This document shows, in pieces, positions 21,394 through 32,818 of a stretch of 64,000 nucleotides of DNA. Both the position numbers and the translations under genes were made by a program. Source of the stretch: an uncultured Dehalococcoidia bacterium (GTDB taxonomy: Bacteria > Chloroflexota > Dehalococcoidia > Lucifugimonadales > UBA3495); NCBI GenBank assembly GCA_958296225.1, contig OY282456.1, positions 2,955,328 to 3,019,327 of the forward strand, given 5' to 3'. Numbering within the stretch: position 1 is the stretch's first letter; each line of letters starts with the position of its first letter. The notes beneath the pieces are model-generated. The model was not told the DNA's origin. It did not search any database and saw nothing but the letters and a program-made list of their open reading frames with translations.

Positions 21394-21923
21394 CAGCAAT
21401 CCCTTTCCGCCAGCCGCGCCAGCAGCCCGGCGAATCGCGCCGGAGCGTCGGCGATGGCAATGCGGCGCCGCGCGGGAACGGAACCGTCGTCGTCGGGAAT
21501 CATCTCACAGGCGGCGGCGTTATTATCGTCAACGGCATAATCCAGCGTAATCCAAAGCGCGTCGTCGGGGAAGATTCCGGCGGCGCGGTCGGCCCATTCT
21601 ACGATGAGAATATCCTCGCCGGCCGCGATAATGTCCTCCAGCCCCAAATCCCACGCTTCCGCCGGATGCTCGATGCGATACAGGTCGGCGTGGTGGATGG
21701 CAAGGCGGCCCCGGTAGCGGGTAACCAGCACGAAAGTGGGGCTGCGGGCGTAGCCGGGGACGCCCAGGCCCCGGGCGATGCCCTGGGTGAGGCAGGTTTT
21801 GCCGGCGCCCAGCGGCCCGGTGAGCAGGTACACGTCGCCAGGACGGGCGGCCTCTCCGATGATTTGGCCGACGGCGCGGGTGGCCGCGGCGCTGTCGGTG
21901 TAGATGGCAAGGTTGGCGGGCAT
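21393..21923 (-). CDS. tsaE: tRNA threonylcarbamoyladenosine biosynthesis ATPase TsaE
   Basis: GPLGAGKT, SPTF, HADLYR, VEWA. Confidence 0.93.
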   Translation of the reverse strand: MPANLAIYTDSAAATRAVGQIIGEAARPGDVYLLTGPLGAGKTCLTQGIARGLGVPGYARSPTFVLVTRYRGRLAIHHADLYRIEHPAEAWDLGLEDIIAAGEDILIVEWADRAAGIFPDDALWITLDYAVDDNNAAACEMIPDDDGSVPARRRIAIADAPARFAGLLARLAERDC

Positions 21924-21928
21924 CAGGG

Positions 21929-22945
21929 TTAGTCGTTGGCGAAGTGGTCCCAACCGGAGCCGCGACGGGGCCGGGGCCGGCCCGCGGTGTCGAGCACGGC
22001 GACCTGCCCCGGCGTTCCGCCGGTTATTTCCCCGATAATCGCGGCGCCGGACGGCAGCAAGTCCAGCGCCGTCGCCATTATATCCGGCGGCGCGGTGAAC
22101 AGCAGCACGTAATCCTCGCCGCCGTACAGGGCCAGGTCGAGCCAATCGTCGGGGAACACGCTTTGGAGGCTGGGAGTTACCGGAACTGCATCGGCCCGGA
22201 TAATAGCGGCTACCCCGCTGGCGGAACACAGCTTGCCCAGGTCGTCGGCCAGGCCGTCGCTGACGTCCATTGCCGAAGGGACGCCGGCCGCCACCAAGGA
22301 TTTGCTCTCGGCAATATGGGGCCGGGGCCGGCGGTGCTGCGTAATCAGGATGTTGGCATTGGCATTATCAGGGACGGCGGAGGGATTTTCCAGCAGCAGC
22401 CGCAGGCCGCCGGCGGAGCCGCCGACGGGCCCGGTGACGGCCACCTGATGGCCCGGCCGGGCGGCGGCGCGCACCATTAGCGCGCCATGGGCAACCCCGG
22501 TGAGCGCGACCGTTACGAAAGCCACCGGCGAACTCACCAGATCGCCGCCGGCGATATGCGCTCCAAATTGCCGGCAAATCGCGGTCATCCCGGCGTACAG
22601 CTCCGCGATGTCGGCCACCGGCGTATGGGGGGGCAATCCCAGCGTAACCAGCGCCAGGGCCGGCGCGCCGCCCATGGCGGCCACGTCGCTGATGTTGGAT
22701 GCGATGGCCTTCCAGCCCAAATCCCGCCAGGGTGTGGTGGACGCCGTGAAATGCACCCCGTCCACCATGGTATCGGTGGTATAGAGTTCGGTGACCGGGC
22801 CGCCGGGGAAGGTCGCCGCGGCCGCGTCGTCCCCGTTGTCCACTACCAGTTGACAAGCGGCGCCGGCCGGGGGCTCGCCCGTGCGCCGGGTCCAGTCCTG
22901 CACCAGGCTGATGAGGCCGAACTCGCCAAGTTCAGAGATACGCAT
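21929..22945 (-). CDS. thiL: thiamine-monophosphate kinase
   Basis: LGEFGLI, GDDAA, NISDVAAMGG, DVSDGL, GGEDY. Confidence 0.95.
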   Translation of the reverse strand: MRISELGEFGLISLVQDWTRRTGEPPAGAACQLVVDNGDDAAAATFPGGPVTELYTTDTMVDGVHFTASTTPWRDLGWKAIASNISDVAAMGGAPALALVTLGLPPHTPVADIAELYAGMTAICRQFGAHIAGGDLVSSPVAFVTVALTGVAHGALMVRAAARPGHQVAVTGPVGGSAGGLRLLLENPSAVPDNANANILITQHRRPRPHIAESKSLVAAGVPSAMDVSDGLADDLGKLCSASGVAAIIRADAVPVTPSLQSVFPDDWLDLALYGGEDYVLLFTAPPDIMATALDLLPSGAAIIGEITGGTPGQVAVLDTAGRPRPRRGSGWDHFAND

Positions 22946-22964
22946 CGGAAATAGGGCCGTAAGG

Positions 22965-23987
22965 CTAGGGGGCCAGCATAAAGGGATTGAGGCGGTTGGC
23001 GATGATTTCGGCCAGGGCGCGGGTTGAGGCCGCATCGGTTTTCTTGTACACGCCGGCGACGATGACGCGCACTGCCGTGCGTCCGCGGGCAAAGCGTATC
23101 TCGCGCCCATCGACGATGGCGGTAGAACCCGAAAAGTTGAAAGCCTTGGCGGCGGCGTAATCGCCCAGCGGCGCCGTGTCGGCATCGGTAACGGAGATTA
23201 CGTTGACGCCGCGCACGGGCAGTCGCAGTTCCTTAACCACCGCGTCAATCTCGTCGTTCAGGGCCTTGCGGTCATAGTCTTTGAGGGTGTCAACTTCCGA
23301 TTGGGCCTGTTCCGGGGAGTCGTACAGGCTGACCCAGGTGAGGGTGAAGTAGGCTTTGCTGCCGGCCACGCTGTACACGTTGAGCAGGCCGCCGCCCCAG
23401 GTCCAGCGCTTGTAGCCGGTGATAAAGCCGTCGCTGTCGGCAGTGAACTCGCCTTCGCCTTCTACGTTCTCATAAACGCAGTCGGCGTCCGCGCCGCCGG
23501 TGCATTCGCCGGCCAGCACGACGGTTCTGATAATCGGGTTGGTCTCTACGGTCTCCGTGGCCAGGCCGGCGATGTCCGCAACCGAGGGCAGCAGGCCGGG
23601 CAAGTCCGCCTGGCTCAGGGTGTCGATGGGCGCCGGCGTGGGAGTGGGCGCCGGCGTAGGAGTGGGCGCTGGCGTAGGCTGGCCGGGCGCGAGGGTAGGC
23701 GTGGGTGGGGGAGTGGGCGTTGGGGTTGGCTCCGGGGTCGGGGTAGCCGTCGGTTCCGGGGTGCTGGTGGGCGCCGGGGTTGGCGTAGCGGTGGGAACCG
23801 GGGTAACGGTTGGAACGGGAGTCGCCGTCGGAATTGGGGTGTCGGTGGGGGCCGGCGGAGGTGTTGCCGTCGGCGGCGGGGTGGCCGTCGGCGCGGCAGT
23901 AGGGGGTGGGGGCGCAGTGCAGGCCAGCGCCAGCATCGCGCCGAGCAACAGCAGGGCGGGCCAGTATTTCCGAACCGACGTTAGCAT
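22965..23987 (-). CDS. lipoprotein with Pro/Thr-rich linker
   Basis: LAC lipobox followed by long PT repeats. Confidence 0.8.
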   Translation of the reverse strand: MLTSVRKYWPALLLLGAMLALACTAPPPPTAAPTATPPPTATPPPAPTDTPIPTATPVPTVTPVPTATPTPAPTSTPEPTATPTPEPTPTPTPPPTPTLAPGQPTPAPTPTPAPTPTPAPIDTLSQADLPGLLPSVADIAGLATETVETNPIIRTVVLAGECTGGADADCVYENVEGEGEFTADSDGFITGYKRWTWGGGLLNVYSVAGSKAYFTLTWVSLYDSPEQAQSEVDTLKDYDRKALNDEIDAVVKELRLPVRGVNVISVTDADTAPLGDYAAAKAFNFSGSTAIVDGREIRFARGRTAVRVIVAGVYKKTDAASTRALAEIIANRLNPFMLAP

Positions 23988-24076
23988 CAGGGAACTCCGT
24001 AAGCCATGGCGGGATGGCGCGCGGTGGGCGCGTTGTGGCCCGCGTCAACATCAATTAGCGGCAGTCAATATACAAG

Positions 24077-24107
24077 AAAACCGGGCCTTTGACAAAAGGC
24101 CCGGTTG
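24077..24107 (-). terminator. intrinsic terminator downstream of 16S rRNA
   Basis: aaccgggccttt/aaaggcccggtt hairpin with U-tract on the minus strand. Confidence 0.75.
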
Positions 24108-24337
24108 AATTTGGCTGACCTTACCGGCTGATTAGTGGAAGGAAATAAGAAGTTTGCGATTTTGTTCCGACGCAATCGTCGGGGCCAGCGGATTTTCTCA
24201 GGGAACCTGCTCTCTTGGCACGGGAGTCAATAAGACTCGACCGGAAAACCTGAGTGGCGGGAACATCCGCTGATTGACCTGGGGAGTGGGTCGGTCGTTC
24301 CGCTTGGAGAGCGGTGACCGGACCGTTGTACTCCCTG

Positions 24338-25850
<1,513 letters not shown>

Positions 25851-25939
25851 AGAACCTTACTTCCTTCCACTATTCAGCTGTTAAGGTGCCTGCTCTCTCG
25901 CCGGTGGCGCTGCGCCATCTACGGCGGGCGAGTTCGTAT

Positions 25940-25968
25940 AAAATACACGCCTTCCAACCCCGTGTCAA
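25940..25968 (-). promoter_or_regulatory. sigma70-type rRNA promoter
   Basis: TTGACA-N17-TATTTT. Confidence 0.7.
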
Positions 25969-26183
25969 CACCGATAACGGCGATTTTTCCGGTTTCTGCG
26001 GCATTTGCGGGGAATTAGCCGGTTCCGTCCCGCGCCAGCGTCCCTGAACCCCGCCGGCCACTGCGCCTTACCCGCTCGGAACGGTTACTGCCCGGCAGCG
26101 CGGTTTGATACCGGCCGGCCCGTAGGCTATACTGCGCATCGGCCCGCACCTAAATGATGAGCGACGGGCAGGAGCAGCGTTTT

Positions 26184-27275
26184 ATGGATTTCAATATAGC
26201 CGTGCTGGGCGGGGACGGCATCGGGCCGGAGGTTACGGCCGAAGGCGTGAAAACGTTAGAGGCCGTGGGCCGCGCTTTCGGCCATAACTTCGCGCTGGAA
26301 TACGGCGACGTGGGCGGCATTGCCATCGACCGGCACGGTACGCCGCTGACTGACGGCGTGCGGGACCTGGCGGCGTCGGCCGATGCAGTGCTGTTCGGAG
26401 CGGTGGGCGGCCCCAAGTGGGACGACCCGGCCGCGCCCACCCGGCCGGAGGACGGCCTGCTGGCTTTGCGGGCGCACCTTAACGTGTTCGCCAACATTCG
26501 CCCGGTCAAAGTGTATCCCGAACTCACCGCATCCAGCGTGCTGAAACCCCACGTGCTGGCCGGGGTTGATATGGTCGTGGTGCGGGAGCTTACCGGCGGC
26601 CTGTACTACGCCCAGCCCAAGGGCCGCACGGCAACGCCGCAGGGCATCGTCGGCGTGGACACCATGCGCTACTCCGAGGCTGAGATTGAGCGGGTGCTGC
26701 GCGTCGGGTTTGAGCTGGCCCGCGGCCGGCGCCGCAAGCTGACTTCGGTGGACAAGGCCAACGTCCTGGAAACCTCCCGGCTGTGGCGGGCCACCGCTAC
26801 CCGACTGGCCGACGAATACCCGGACGTGGAACTGGAGCACGCGCTGGTGGACGCCTGCGCCATGCAGCTGGTGCTGCGCCCGGCATCCTATGACGTGATT
26901 GTGGCGGAGAACACTTTCGGCGACATACTGACCGACGAGGCGGCGATTCTGGCCGCCTCCATGGGGCTGCTGCCCTCGGCCAGTTTGTCCGGCGTGCCCC
27001 AGGCCGGGGCGCGGACACCCGGCTTTTACGAACCCATCCACGGCACCGCGCCGGACATCGCCGGCCAGGGCATCGCCAACCCTTGCGGCTCCATACTCAG
27101 CGCCGCTCTGATGCTGCGCTACTCCCTGGGGCTGACCGAAGAGGCGGCGGCCATCGAGCGCGCCGTGCAGTCGGTGCTGGAGCAGGGGTATCGCACCGCC
27201 GACATTGCCACCGCCGGCGATACGGCTACCGGCACGGCGCCAATGGGCGACCGCATCGCCGACGCCATCGGCTAG
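26184..27275 (+). CDS. leuB: 3-isopropylmalate dehydrogenase
   Basis: [46 protein letters not shown]. Confidence 0.97.
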   Translation: MDFNIAVLGGDGIGPEVTAEGVKTLEAVGRAFGHNFALEYGDVGGIAIDRHGTPLTDGVRDLAASADAVLFGAVGGPKWDDPAAPTRPEDGLLALRAHLNVFANIRPVKVYPELTASSVLKPHVLAGVDMVVVRELTGGLYYAQPKGRTATPQGIVGVDTMRYSEAEIERVLRVGFELARGRRRKLTSVDKANVLETSRLWRATATRLADEYPDVELEHALVDACAMQLVLRPASYDVIVAENTFGDILTDEAAILAASMGLLPSASLSGVPQAGARTPGFYEPIHGTAPDIAGQGIANPCGSILSAALMLRYSLGLTEEAAAIERAVQSVLEQGYRTADIATAGDTATGTAPMGDRIADAIG

Positions 27276-27293
27276 CGCGCCGGCCCCGCACCC

Positions 27294-28310
27294 GTGTTCA
27301 ATCTCTTAGCCAGCGCGGGCCTGCCGGTCGCGGTGCTCGTCTTTCTGGGCAGCGCCGTCGCCGTGGTCTTTCTGGGCGTCCAGTTGGCCCGGTATGGCGA
27401 CGCGCTGGCGACGCTGACCGGGTGGGGGCGGCTGTTCGTGGGCAGCATCCTGGTGGCGTTGGCAACGTCGCTGCCCGAGCTGTCCAACAATATTACGGCG
27501 GTGCAGATTAACAACCCGGAGCTGGCGCTGGGCAACGTGGTCGGCGCCAACATGGTCAATATGTTCACTATGGGCGTGGTGGCGCTGCTGTTCGGGGGCC
27601 GCCGGTTCCTGCAACGGGTGGCCCCGGAGCAGGGCTATCTCATCGTGCTGGCGGCGATACTGACCGGCCTGGCGGTCCTGTTCGCCGGGCTCAAAATCGG
27701 CATCAATGTCTGGCAGATTGGCCTGTCCTCCATCATCCTGCTGGTGGTGTACGTCATCGGGATGCGGATTGTGTACCAGCGGCGGCCGGCGGAGGAACCG
27801 GAGGATGGGGCGGATGACGCGGGCATCACGCTGAGCCGGGCCTGGCTGATGTTCAGCCTGGTATCGCTGGGCGTTATCATCGCCGGCGTATTTCTGGCGC
27901 AGAGCGTGGACCGGGTGGCCGACCTGACCGGCATATCGTCGGGCGTGCTGGGCATCCTGGCGGTGTCTATCGTAACCACAATGCCGGAGGCGTCGGCCAC
28001 CGTCGCCGCGGCCCGGATGGGGGCCGCCGACCTGGGCGTGGCCGGCCTCTACGGCAGCTGCGTTTTCAATGTAACCATCTTGTCCTTTGCGGACCCGTTT
28101 TACCGTAACGGCATTGTGCTCAATCATCCCGACCCGGAGCATTTTGTGGCCGGCATCATCGCCGTGGCCCTGATTCTGTGGGGTGGCCTGATGCTTTGGG
28201 GCCGCAACCGCCTGCCCCAGCCGGTTATCGTGGGCGGGCTGGCGCTGATGGCCGGGGTGTACATTGCCGGCGCAATCTGGGTGGCGCTGTTAGGCGCGCC
28301 CACCGCCTAG
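27294..28310 (+). CDS. sodium:calcium antiporter (CaCA family)
   Basis: Alpha repeats ATSLPE and TTMPE; multiple TM helices. Confidence 0.88.
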   Translation: MFNLLASAGLPVAVLVFLGSAVAVVFLGVQLARYGDALATLTGWGRLFVGSILVALATSLPELSNNITAVQINNPELALGNVVGANMVNMFTMGVVALLFGGRRFLQRVAPEQGYLIVLAAILTGLAVLFAGLKIGINVWQIGLSSIILLVVYVIGMRIVYQRRPAEEPEDGADDAGITLSRAWLMFSLVSLGVIIAGVFLAQSVDRVADLTGISSGVLGILAVSIVTTMPEASATVAAARMGAADLGVAGLYGSCVFNVTILSFADPFYRNGIVLNHPDPEHFVAGIIAVALILWGGLMLWGRNRLPQPVIVGGLALMAGVYIAGAIWVALLGAPTA

Positions 28311-28325
28311 ACGCTGGATGTCAGA

Positions 28326-28814
28326 TTAGATGTCAGCGCCGTCATAGCGGGCCAGCTCCACGAACCCCCCGGCGGCGTCATCCCAGGCAAAGAGGGCAGC
28401 CGCCACGACCCGCCGGGCGTCGATTCCTACCACCAGCTGCTGCACCGGGTAAGCCGGGCCGTCGCCCCAGGGGCTGGCAGCAACGGCGCGGTCGGTGTCG
28501 GAGAGGTAAGCCCGGCCGTTGGGATGGGAGTGGTAGATGATGCGGGCCGGGGTGTCCGAATCCAGACTGTCGTTCAGGGCCAGCAGGTCGGCGGCGCTGA
28601 ACACGTAGGCGGATTCCGCAGTGCGCTCGGAAACGGTGGGGTGAGCGCCGGTGTCCTGCGCGTTGGCGGCCGGCCGGATGGCGGCCACGGCGGCGCCGTG
28701 GGCCGGGCCAACCAGCCAGCCGCAGCACTCGGCGGGAAAGGCGGAGCGCGCCTCCCGATAAACGGAGGTCAGGATTTCCGACGGGATGTTGAGCGGTTCC
28801 GTAGTATTCGCCAT
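28326..28814 (-). CDS. JAB/MPN metalloprotease (Mec-like)
   Basis: ECCG and YHSHP...S.TD motifs. Confidence 0.85.
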   Translation of the reverse strand: MANTTEPLNIPSEILTSVYREARSAFPAECCGWLVGPAHGAAVAAIRPAANAQDTGAHPTVSERTAESAYVFSAADLLALNDSLDSDTPARIIYHSHPNGRAYLSDTDRAVAASPWGDGPAYPVQQLVVGIDARRVVAAALFAWDDAAGGFVELARYDGADI

Positions 28815-28956
28815 TACAACCCCCTTGTTACGAAATGCGTAACGTGATATGCTGTTTGCAACGCCGTTGCCAATTTTGCCGTAATACTTCGGTAATACGA
28901 TGACGGTAAAATGGAACCCATCACCTAGTAAACCGCACTGCGGAGAATCGGACAGG

Positions 28957-29205
28957 ATGACTGAAATGCAGACCATAGCCCGCAAATCGTTGAACCGCAA
29001 GCCGTTGAAACACAAGGCGTGCCCCCGGTGCGGCGGCGACGTTTGCCGAATGAGGGACACCTTTGGAGTGTACCACCAGTGCGCCCAATGCGGGCGCGAG
29101 ATCCGGGGAGAAACCGGCTATCCGGTACCGGCCGCGACGGCAAGCGCCGCCGCAATGAGCCAGCCGTCCAACCCAAAGCGGCATCGTGAGACGCTGTTGG
29201 TCTAG
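28957..29205 (+). CDS. small zinc-ribbon protein, paralog A
   Basis: CPRCGGD...CAQCGRE. Confidence 0.7.
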   Translation: MTEMQTIARKSLNRKPLKHKACPRCGGDVCRMRDTFGVYHQCAQCGREIRGETGYPVPAATASAAAMSQPSNPKRHRETLLV

Positions 29206-29394
29206 CCGGCAGCCCGCGCACAAGAAACCGCAGGCAGTGGCCTCGGACTTGTCGCCGAGGCCACTTTCTTTTAACCGCCGCCCGGATTAGCCATCGCCAA
29301 ATCAGCAGAGCCAAACCGACCAGCGACTACCATCGGAAATGACGATTTTGCGGAAATGACGATTTTAACGCCCTGATTCGGATAAGGAGAACGG

Positions 29395-29634
29395 ATGATG
29401 GAGAGCAAAGTCAGAACCGAACGGCTTGTAGGGGGCGCGCGCCGCCGCCGCGTGCGTCTGGGCGCCTGCCCCTACTGCGGCGGCGACGTGCGCCTGGTAC
29501 GGGACATCTACGGCGCTTATCGCCAGTGCTTGCAGTGCAGCCGGGAAATCCAGCCCGGGACACTGCCGGCGGCCCCGGCAATACCGACCGGGATGCCGGC
29601 GATGCCGCAGGTTGAGGAGCTTATGGCTGCCTGA
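29395..29634 (+). CDS. small zinc-ribbon protein, paralog B
   Basis: CPYCGGD...CLQCSRE; AAGGAG RBS. Confidence 0.75.
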   Translation: MMESKVRTERLVGGARRRRVRLGACPYCGGDVRLVRDIYGAYRQCLQCSREIQPGTLPAAPAIPTGMPAMPQVEELMAA

Positions 29635-29663
29635 CGCCGGCCGATGAACCGGCAATCAGCGGA

Positions 29664-29689
29664 GGGTTCACGGCTGCGTCGTGAACCCT
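29664..29689. terminator. hairpin between convergent genes
   Basis: gggttcacgg/tcgtgaaccc stem. Confidence 0.5.
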
Positions 29690-29710
29690 GATTAGTTGCA
29701 GGGATGAGCG

Positions 29711-30190
29711 TTAGCGGAACCGTCGCGGCATATTGTCGTTGCGTTCCTGGACAAAGGCGGCGTAGTCACGCACCGCATCCTCCTGGGCCACGGTCTGGAT
29801 GGAACCGGGGCGGAGCTGGCGGATGAAGTCGATGGCCTCTTGCGCGCCCCAACCCGTGTTGACCAGGTAGGCGGCCAGGATGGTACCCGTGCGTCCGATG
29901 CCGGCGGCGCAGGTAATGACGGTGGGGCGCTCCCAGGTCTCAATTTGCTGTTCCACAAAGTTCACGATGCGGTCAATCTGCGCCACCGACGGTGCGCCGA
30001 AATCGGGCACCGGCTCGTAGAGTTCCACAAAACCCCACGGTTCTGCGGAGATGGTTGCCTCCTCCATACGCACGATGGCCGTTACGTCGTGGCGTTCAAA
30101 GTAAATCAGGTGCCGCCGTTCCGTGGGCCCCATGGCGCCCGCCAGCGAGCCGGGTAGTATCCAACTGAAGTTGCGAAAGCTGTCTTGCAT
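29711..30190 (-). CDS. dual-specificity protein phosphatase family
   Basis: PDF acid loop and CAAGIGRTG (CX5R) motif. Confidence 0.9.
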   Translation of the reverse strand: MQDSFRNFSWILPGSLAGAMGPTERRHLIYFERHDVTAIVRMEEATISAEPWGFVELYEPVPDFGAPSVAQIDRIVNFVEQQIETWERPTVITCAAGIGRTGTILAAYLVNTGWGAQEAIDFIRQLRPGSIQTVAQEDAVRDYAAFVQERNDNMPRRFR

Positions 30191-30205
30191 GGGGGCGCTC
30201 CGATT

Positions 30206-30517
30206 TTAGTTTCTAGCGGCGGCGGAACCGGCGTCATTGACCAGGTTCCGCAGGCGGCGTTGCAGTTCGGCGTCATCCAAACCGGCCACTGCGGCAACCT
30301 TATCACGGGAGCCGTGGCCGCGCACAATGTTGACGCTGCGGCGGGGGATTTGCAGGGAGTCGGCCAGGATGGCGGCCACGGCGGCGTTGGCCCGTCCCTG
30401 AACGGGCGGGGCCGCCACCCGAACCCGCAGCGCGGTTCCGTGCCAGCCGGCCAGCTCCGAGCGGGCAGCGTTCGGCTGGACGCGCAATGAAAGGCGAGAT
30501 GTAACCGGCTCCGGCAT
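30206..30517 (-). CDS. DUF167/YggU family protein
   Basis: LRVQPNA, VAAPPVQGRAN, GHGSRDK. Confidence 0.88.
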   Translation of the reverse strand: MPEPVTSRLSLRVQPNAARSELAGWHGTALRVRVAAPPVQGRANAAVAAILADSLQIPRRSVNIVRGHGSRDKVAAVAGLDDAELQRRLRNLVNDAGSAAARN

Positions 30518-30642
30518 CAAACTAGGGCAATCGGTCTGGTATAGTATGGGGCAGCCACGGGCGATGCTAACTGCCGCATCCTCCGCGGCCCCGGAACAGG
30601 CGCGAATCCTGAACACGCGAATCGTGAACAATGGAAGGCCGG

Positions 30643-31422
30643 ATGGAGTATAGCAATATTACACTGTCGGCGGGAGACCGGGTAGCCACGGTGCGGCTGA
30701 ACCGGCCCGATGCGCTGAACGCGCTGAACCCGCAGCTGCTGGCGGAACTGGCCCACGCCGCCGCCGCTGTGGCCGCGGACCAGTCGGTCAAAGCGCTGGT
30801 GGTGCGCGGCGAGGGTCGCGGTTTCTGCGCCGGCGCCGATTTGCGGTACTTTGACCAGGTTTTCGCTGACCTTGCGCTGCTCCCGGAGTACGTGCGGGAT
30901 TTGAACGGGGCGTTGTTCGCGCTGGAGTCGCTGCCGATTCCGACCATAGCGTTGGTGCATGGCTACGCGCTGGCCGGCGGTTTGGAGCTGATGATGGCTT
31001 GCGACATGGCAATTGTGGCCGAGGACGCGCGCATCGGCGACCAGCACGCCAACTTTGGTTTGATTCCCGGCGGCGGTTCAACCCAGCGGCTGCCGCGCCG
31101 CGTGGGGATGCCGCGCGCGATGGAATTGCTGACTACCGGCCGCTGGCTGTCGGGGACTGAAGCCGTGGCGTGGGGCCTGGCCCTGCGCGCCGCGCCCGCC
31201 GAGTTGCTGGAGGCCGAGCTGGAAAGCCTGCTCGCGGGCCTCCGCGCCAAGAGCCGCGTTGGATTGGGCCTGATGAAATCCCTGGCCCGCAGCAGCCAGG
31301 ATTTGCCATTGCGGGACGGCGTGGCTCTGGAAGGAGCAACCTTCACCCACCTTTTCGCCACGTCGCCACACCCGCGCGAGGGCATCCGGGCGTTCCTGGA
31401 AAAGCGGCAGCCGGAGTTCTGA
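30643..31422 (+). CDS. enoyl-CoA hydratase/isomerase family protein
   Basis: LNRPDALNAL, FCAGADL, GGLEL..CD, PGGGSTQRLPR. Confidence 0.92.
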   Translation: MEYSNITLSAGDRVATVRLNRPDALNALNPQLLAELAHAAAAVAADQSVKALVVRGEGRGFCAGADLRYFDQVFADLALLPEYVRDLNGALFALESLPIPTIALVHGYALAGGLELMMACDMAIVAEDARIGDQHANFGLIPGGGSTQRLPRRVGMPRAMELLTTGRWLSGTEAVAWGLALRAAPAELLEAELESLLAGLRAKSRVGLGLMKSLARSSQDLPLRDGVALEGATFTHLFATSPHPREGIRAFLEKRQPEF

Positions 31423-31483
31423 CAATCCCGTTTATCCTGTCCATCCCGGTACAAATCCATCCCGGTACAAAAGAGATGATAGC

Positions 31484-32365
31484 TTGAAAATCAAGGAAAT
31501 TCTCAGTGCGCAACGCACCATATCTTTCGAGTTCTTCCCGCCGCGGGAAGCGGACGGCGTGGCCGGCGTCATTGACGTGGTGCAGGGGCTGCGCCGGTTC
31601 AACCCCGATTTCGTGTCCGTAACCTACGGAGCCGGCGGCGGCACCAGAGCCTTTACGGAAGAAATCACCATGCGCCTGCAACGGGAGACCGACCTGAACG
31701 TAATGGCCCACCTGACCTGCGTGGCGCAAAGTCGCGGGGAGGTGCACGGAGTGCTGGAACGGCTGGCGGACGCCGGCATTGAGAACGTCATCGCCCTGCG
31801 GGGCGACCGGCCTCAGAACAGCGCATCGTTGGAACTTGGGGATGACGAATTTCCGCACGCTACCGACCTCATCGACCACATCCGCCATCATTTCGATTTT
31901 GGCATTGCCGGGGCCTGCTATCCCGAAGGGCATACGGAGTCGGCAAGCATGGACTCCGACGTTGGCTATGCGCGCCTGAAACAGGATTTGGGGGCCGAAT
32001 TTCTGATAACGCAGCTTTTTTACGACAATGCTTTCTACTACGATTTGCGGGAGCGGGCGGCGGCGGCGGGAATCACGGTGCCCGTCATCCCCGGCATTCT
32101 GCCCATCCTGAGTACGCCGCAGATTCGCCGGTTCACGTCCCTTTGCGGCGCAACCATCCCGGCCGATTTGGACGCGCAGTTGGAAAGGTTCGCCGACGAC
32201 AACCGCGCCGTGCGGGAAATTGGCATTGAGCAGGCGGCCAGACAAGCCGAAGACCTGTGGGCCAACGGCGTGCCCGGTATCCATTTCTACGTACTGAACC
32301 GCACCTACTCGGTTTCCCGCATCCTGCGGAATCTAAACCTCCCCGGGCACAACGACGGCGCTTAA
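31484..32365 (+). CDS. metF: methylenetetrahydrofolate reductase
   Basis: SFEFFPP, SVTYGAGG, AHLTC, ALRGD, YPEGH, ITQLFYD. Confidence 0.96.
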   Translation: MKIKEILSAQRTISFEFFPPREADGVAGVIDVVQGLRRFNPDFVSVTYGAGGGTRAFTEEITMRLQRETDLNVMAHLTCVAQSRGEVHGVLERLADAGIENVIALRGDRPQNSASLELGDDEFPHATDLIDHIRHHFDFGIAGACYPEGHTESASMDSDVGYARLKQDLGAEFLITQLFYDNAFYYDLRERAAAAGITVPVIPGILPILSTPQIRRFTSLCGATIPADLDAQLERFADDNRAVREIGIEQAARQAEDLWANGVPGIHFYVLNRTYSVSRILRNLNLPGHNDGA

Positions 32366-32371
32366 AGCCTA

Positions 32372-32818
32372 ATGCTGACTACCGGAGTGGACTTTATCGA
32401 GATTGACCGGATTGCCGGGGCGCTGAGCCGGTACGGCGACCGGTTTCTGCGGCGGATTTTTACGCCGGGGGAGATTGCTTACTGCCGGGGCCGGGCTCCC
32501 AACCTGGCGGCCCGGTTCGCGGCCAAAGAGGCGGTGATGAAATCCCTGGGCACCGGGTTCCGCGGCGTGGGCTGGCGCGATGTTGAGGTGGTGCGCGCTC
32601 CCAGCGGCGCGCCCAGCCCCCGGCTGCACGGGCGGGCGCGCCGCCGGGCGGAACGGTTGGGCGTAACCGAAATCGCCATCAGTCTGTCCCACTCCCGGGG
32701 CTTTGCGATGGTGGTTGCCGTGGCGTCGCGGCCCGACACCGCCGAATCCCGCCAGGCCGCCGCCGCGACGCTGTGGGGCGACCCGGTGGCGCCACAGCGT
32801 CGCGGCGGCGCGCTATGA
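32372..32818 (+). CDS. acpS: holo-[acyl-carrier-protein] synthase
   Basis: GVDFIEI.R, ARFAAKEA..K, ISLSH. Confidence 0.95.
   Translation: MLTTGVDFIEIDRIAGALSRYGDRFLRRIFTPGEIAYCRGRAPNLAARFAAKEAVMKSLGTGFRGVGWRDVEVVRAPSGAPSPRLHGRARRRAERLGVTEIAISLSHSRGFAMVVAVASRPDTAESRQAAAATLWGDPVAPQRRGGAL

Noticed and set aside
23630-23920. Low-complexity repeat DNA
   Set aside because: Ordinary Pro/Thr linker of a lipoprotein
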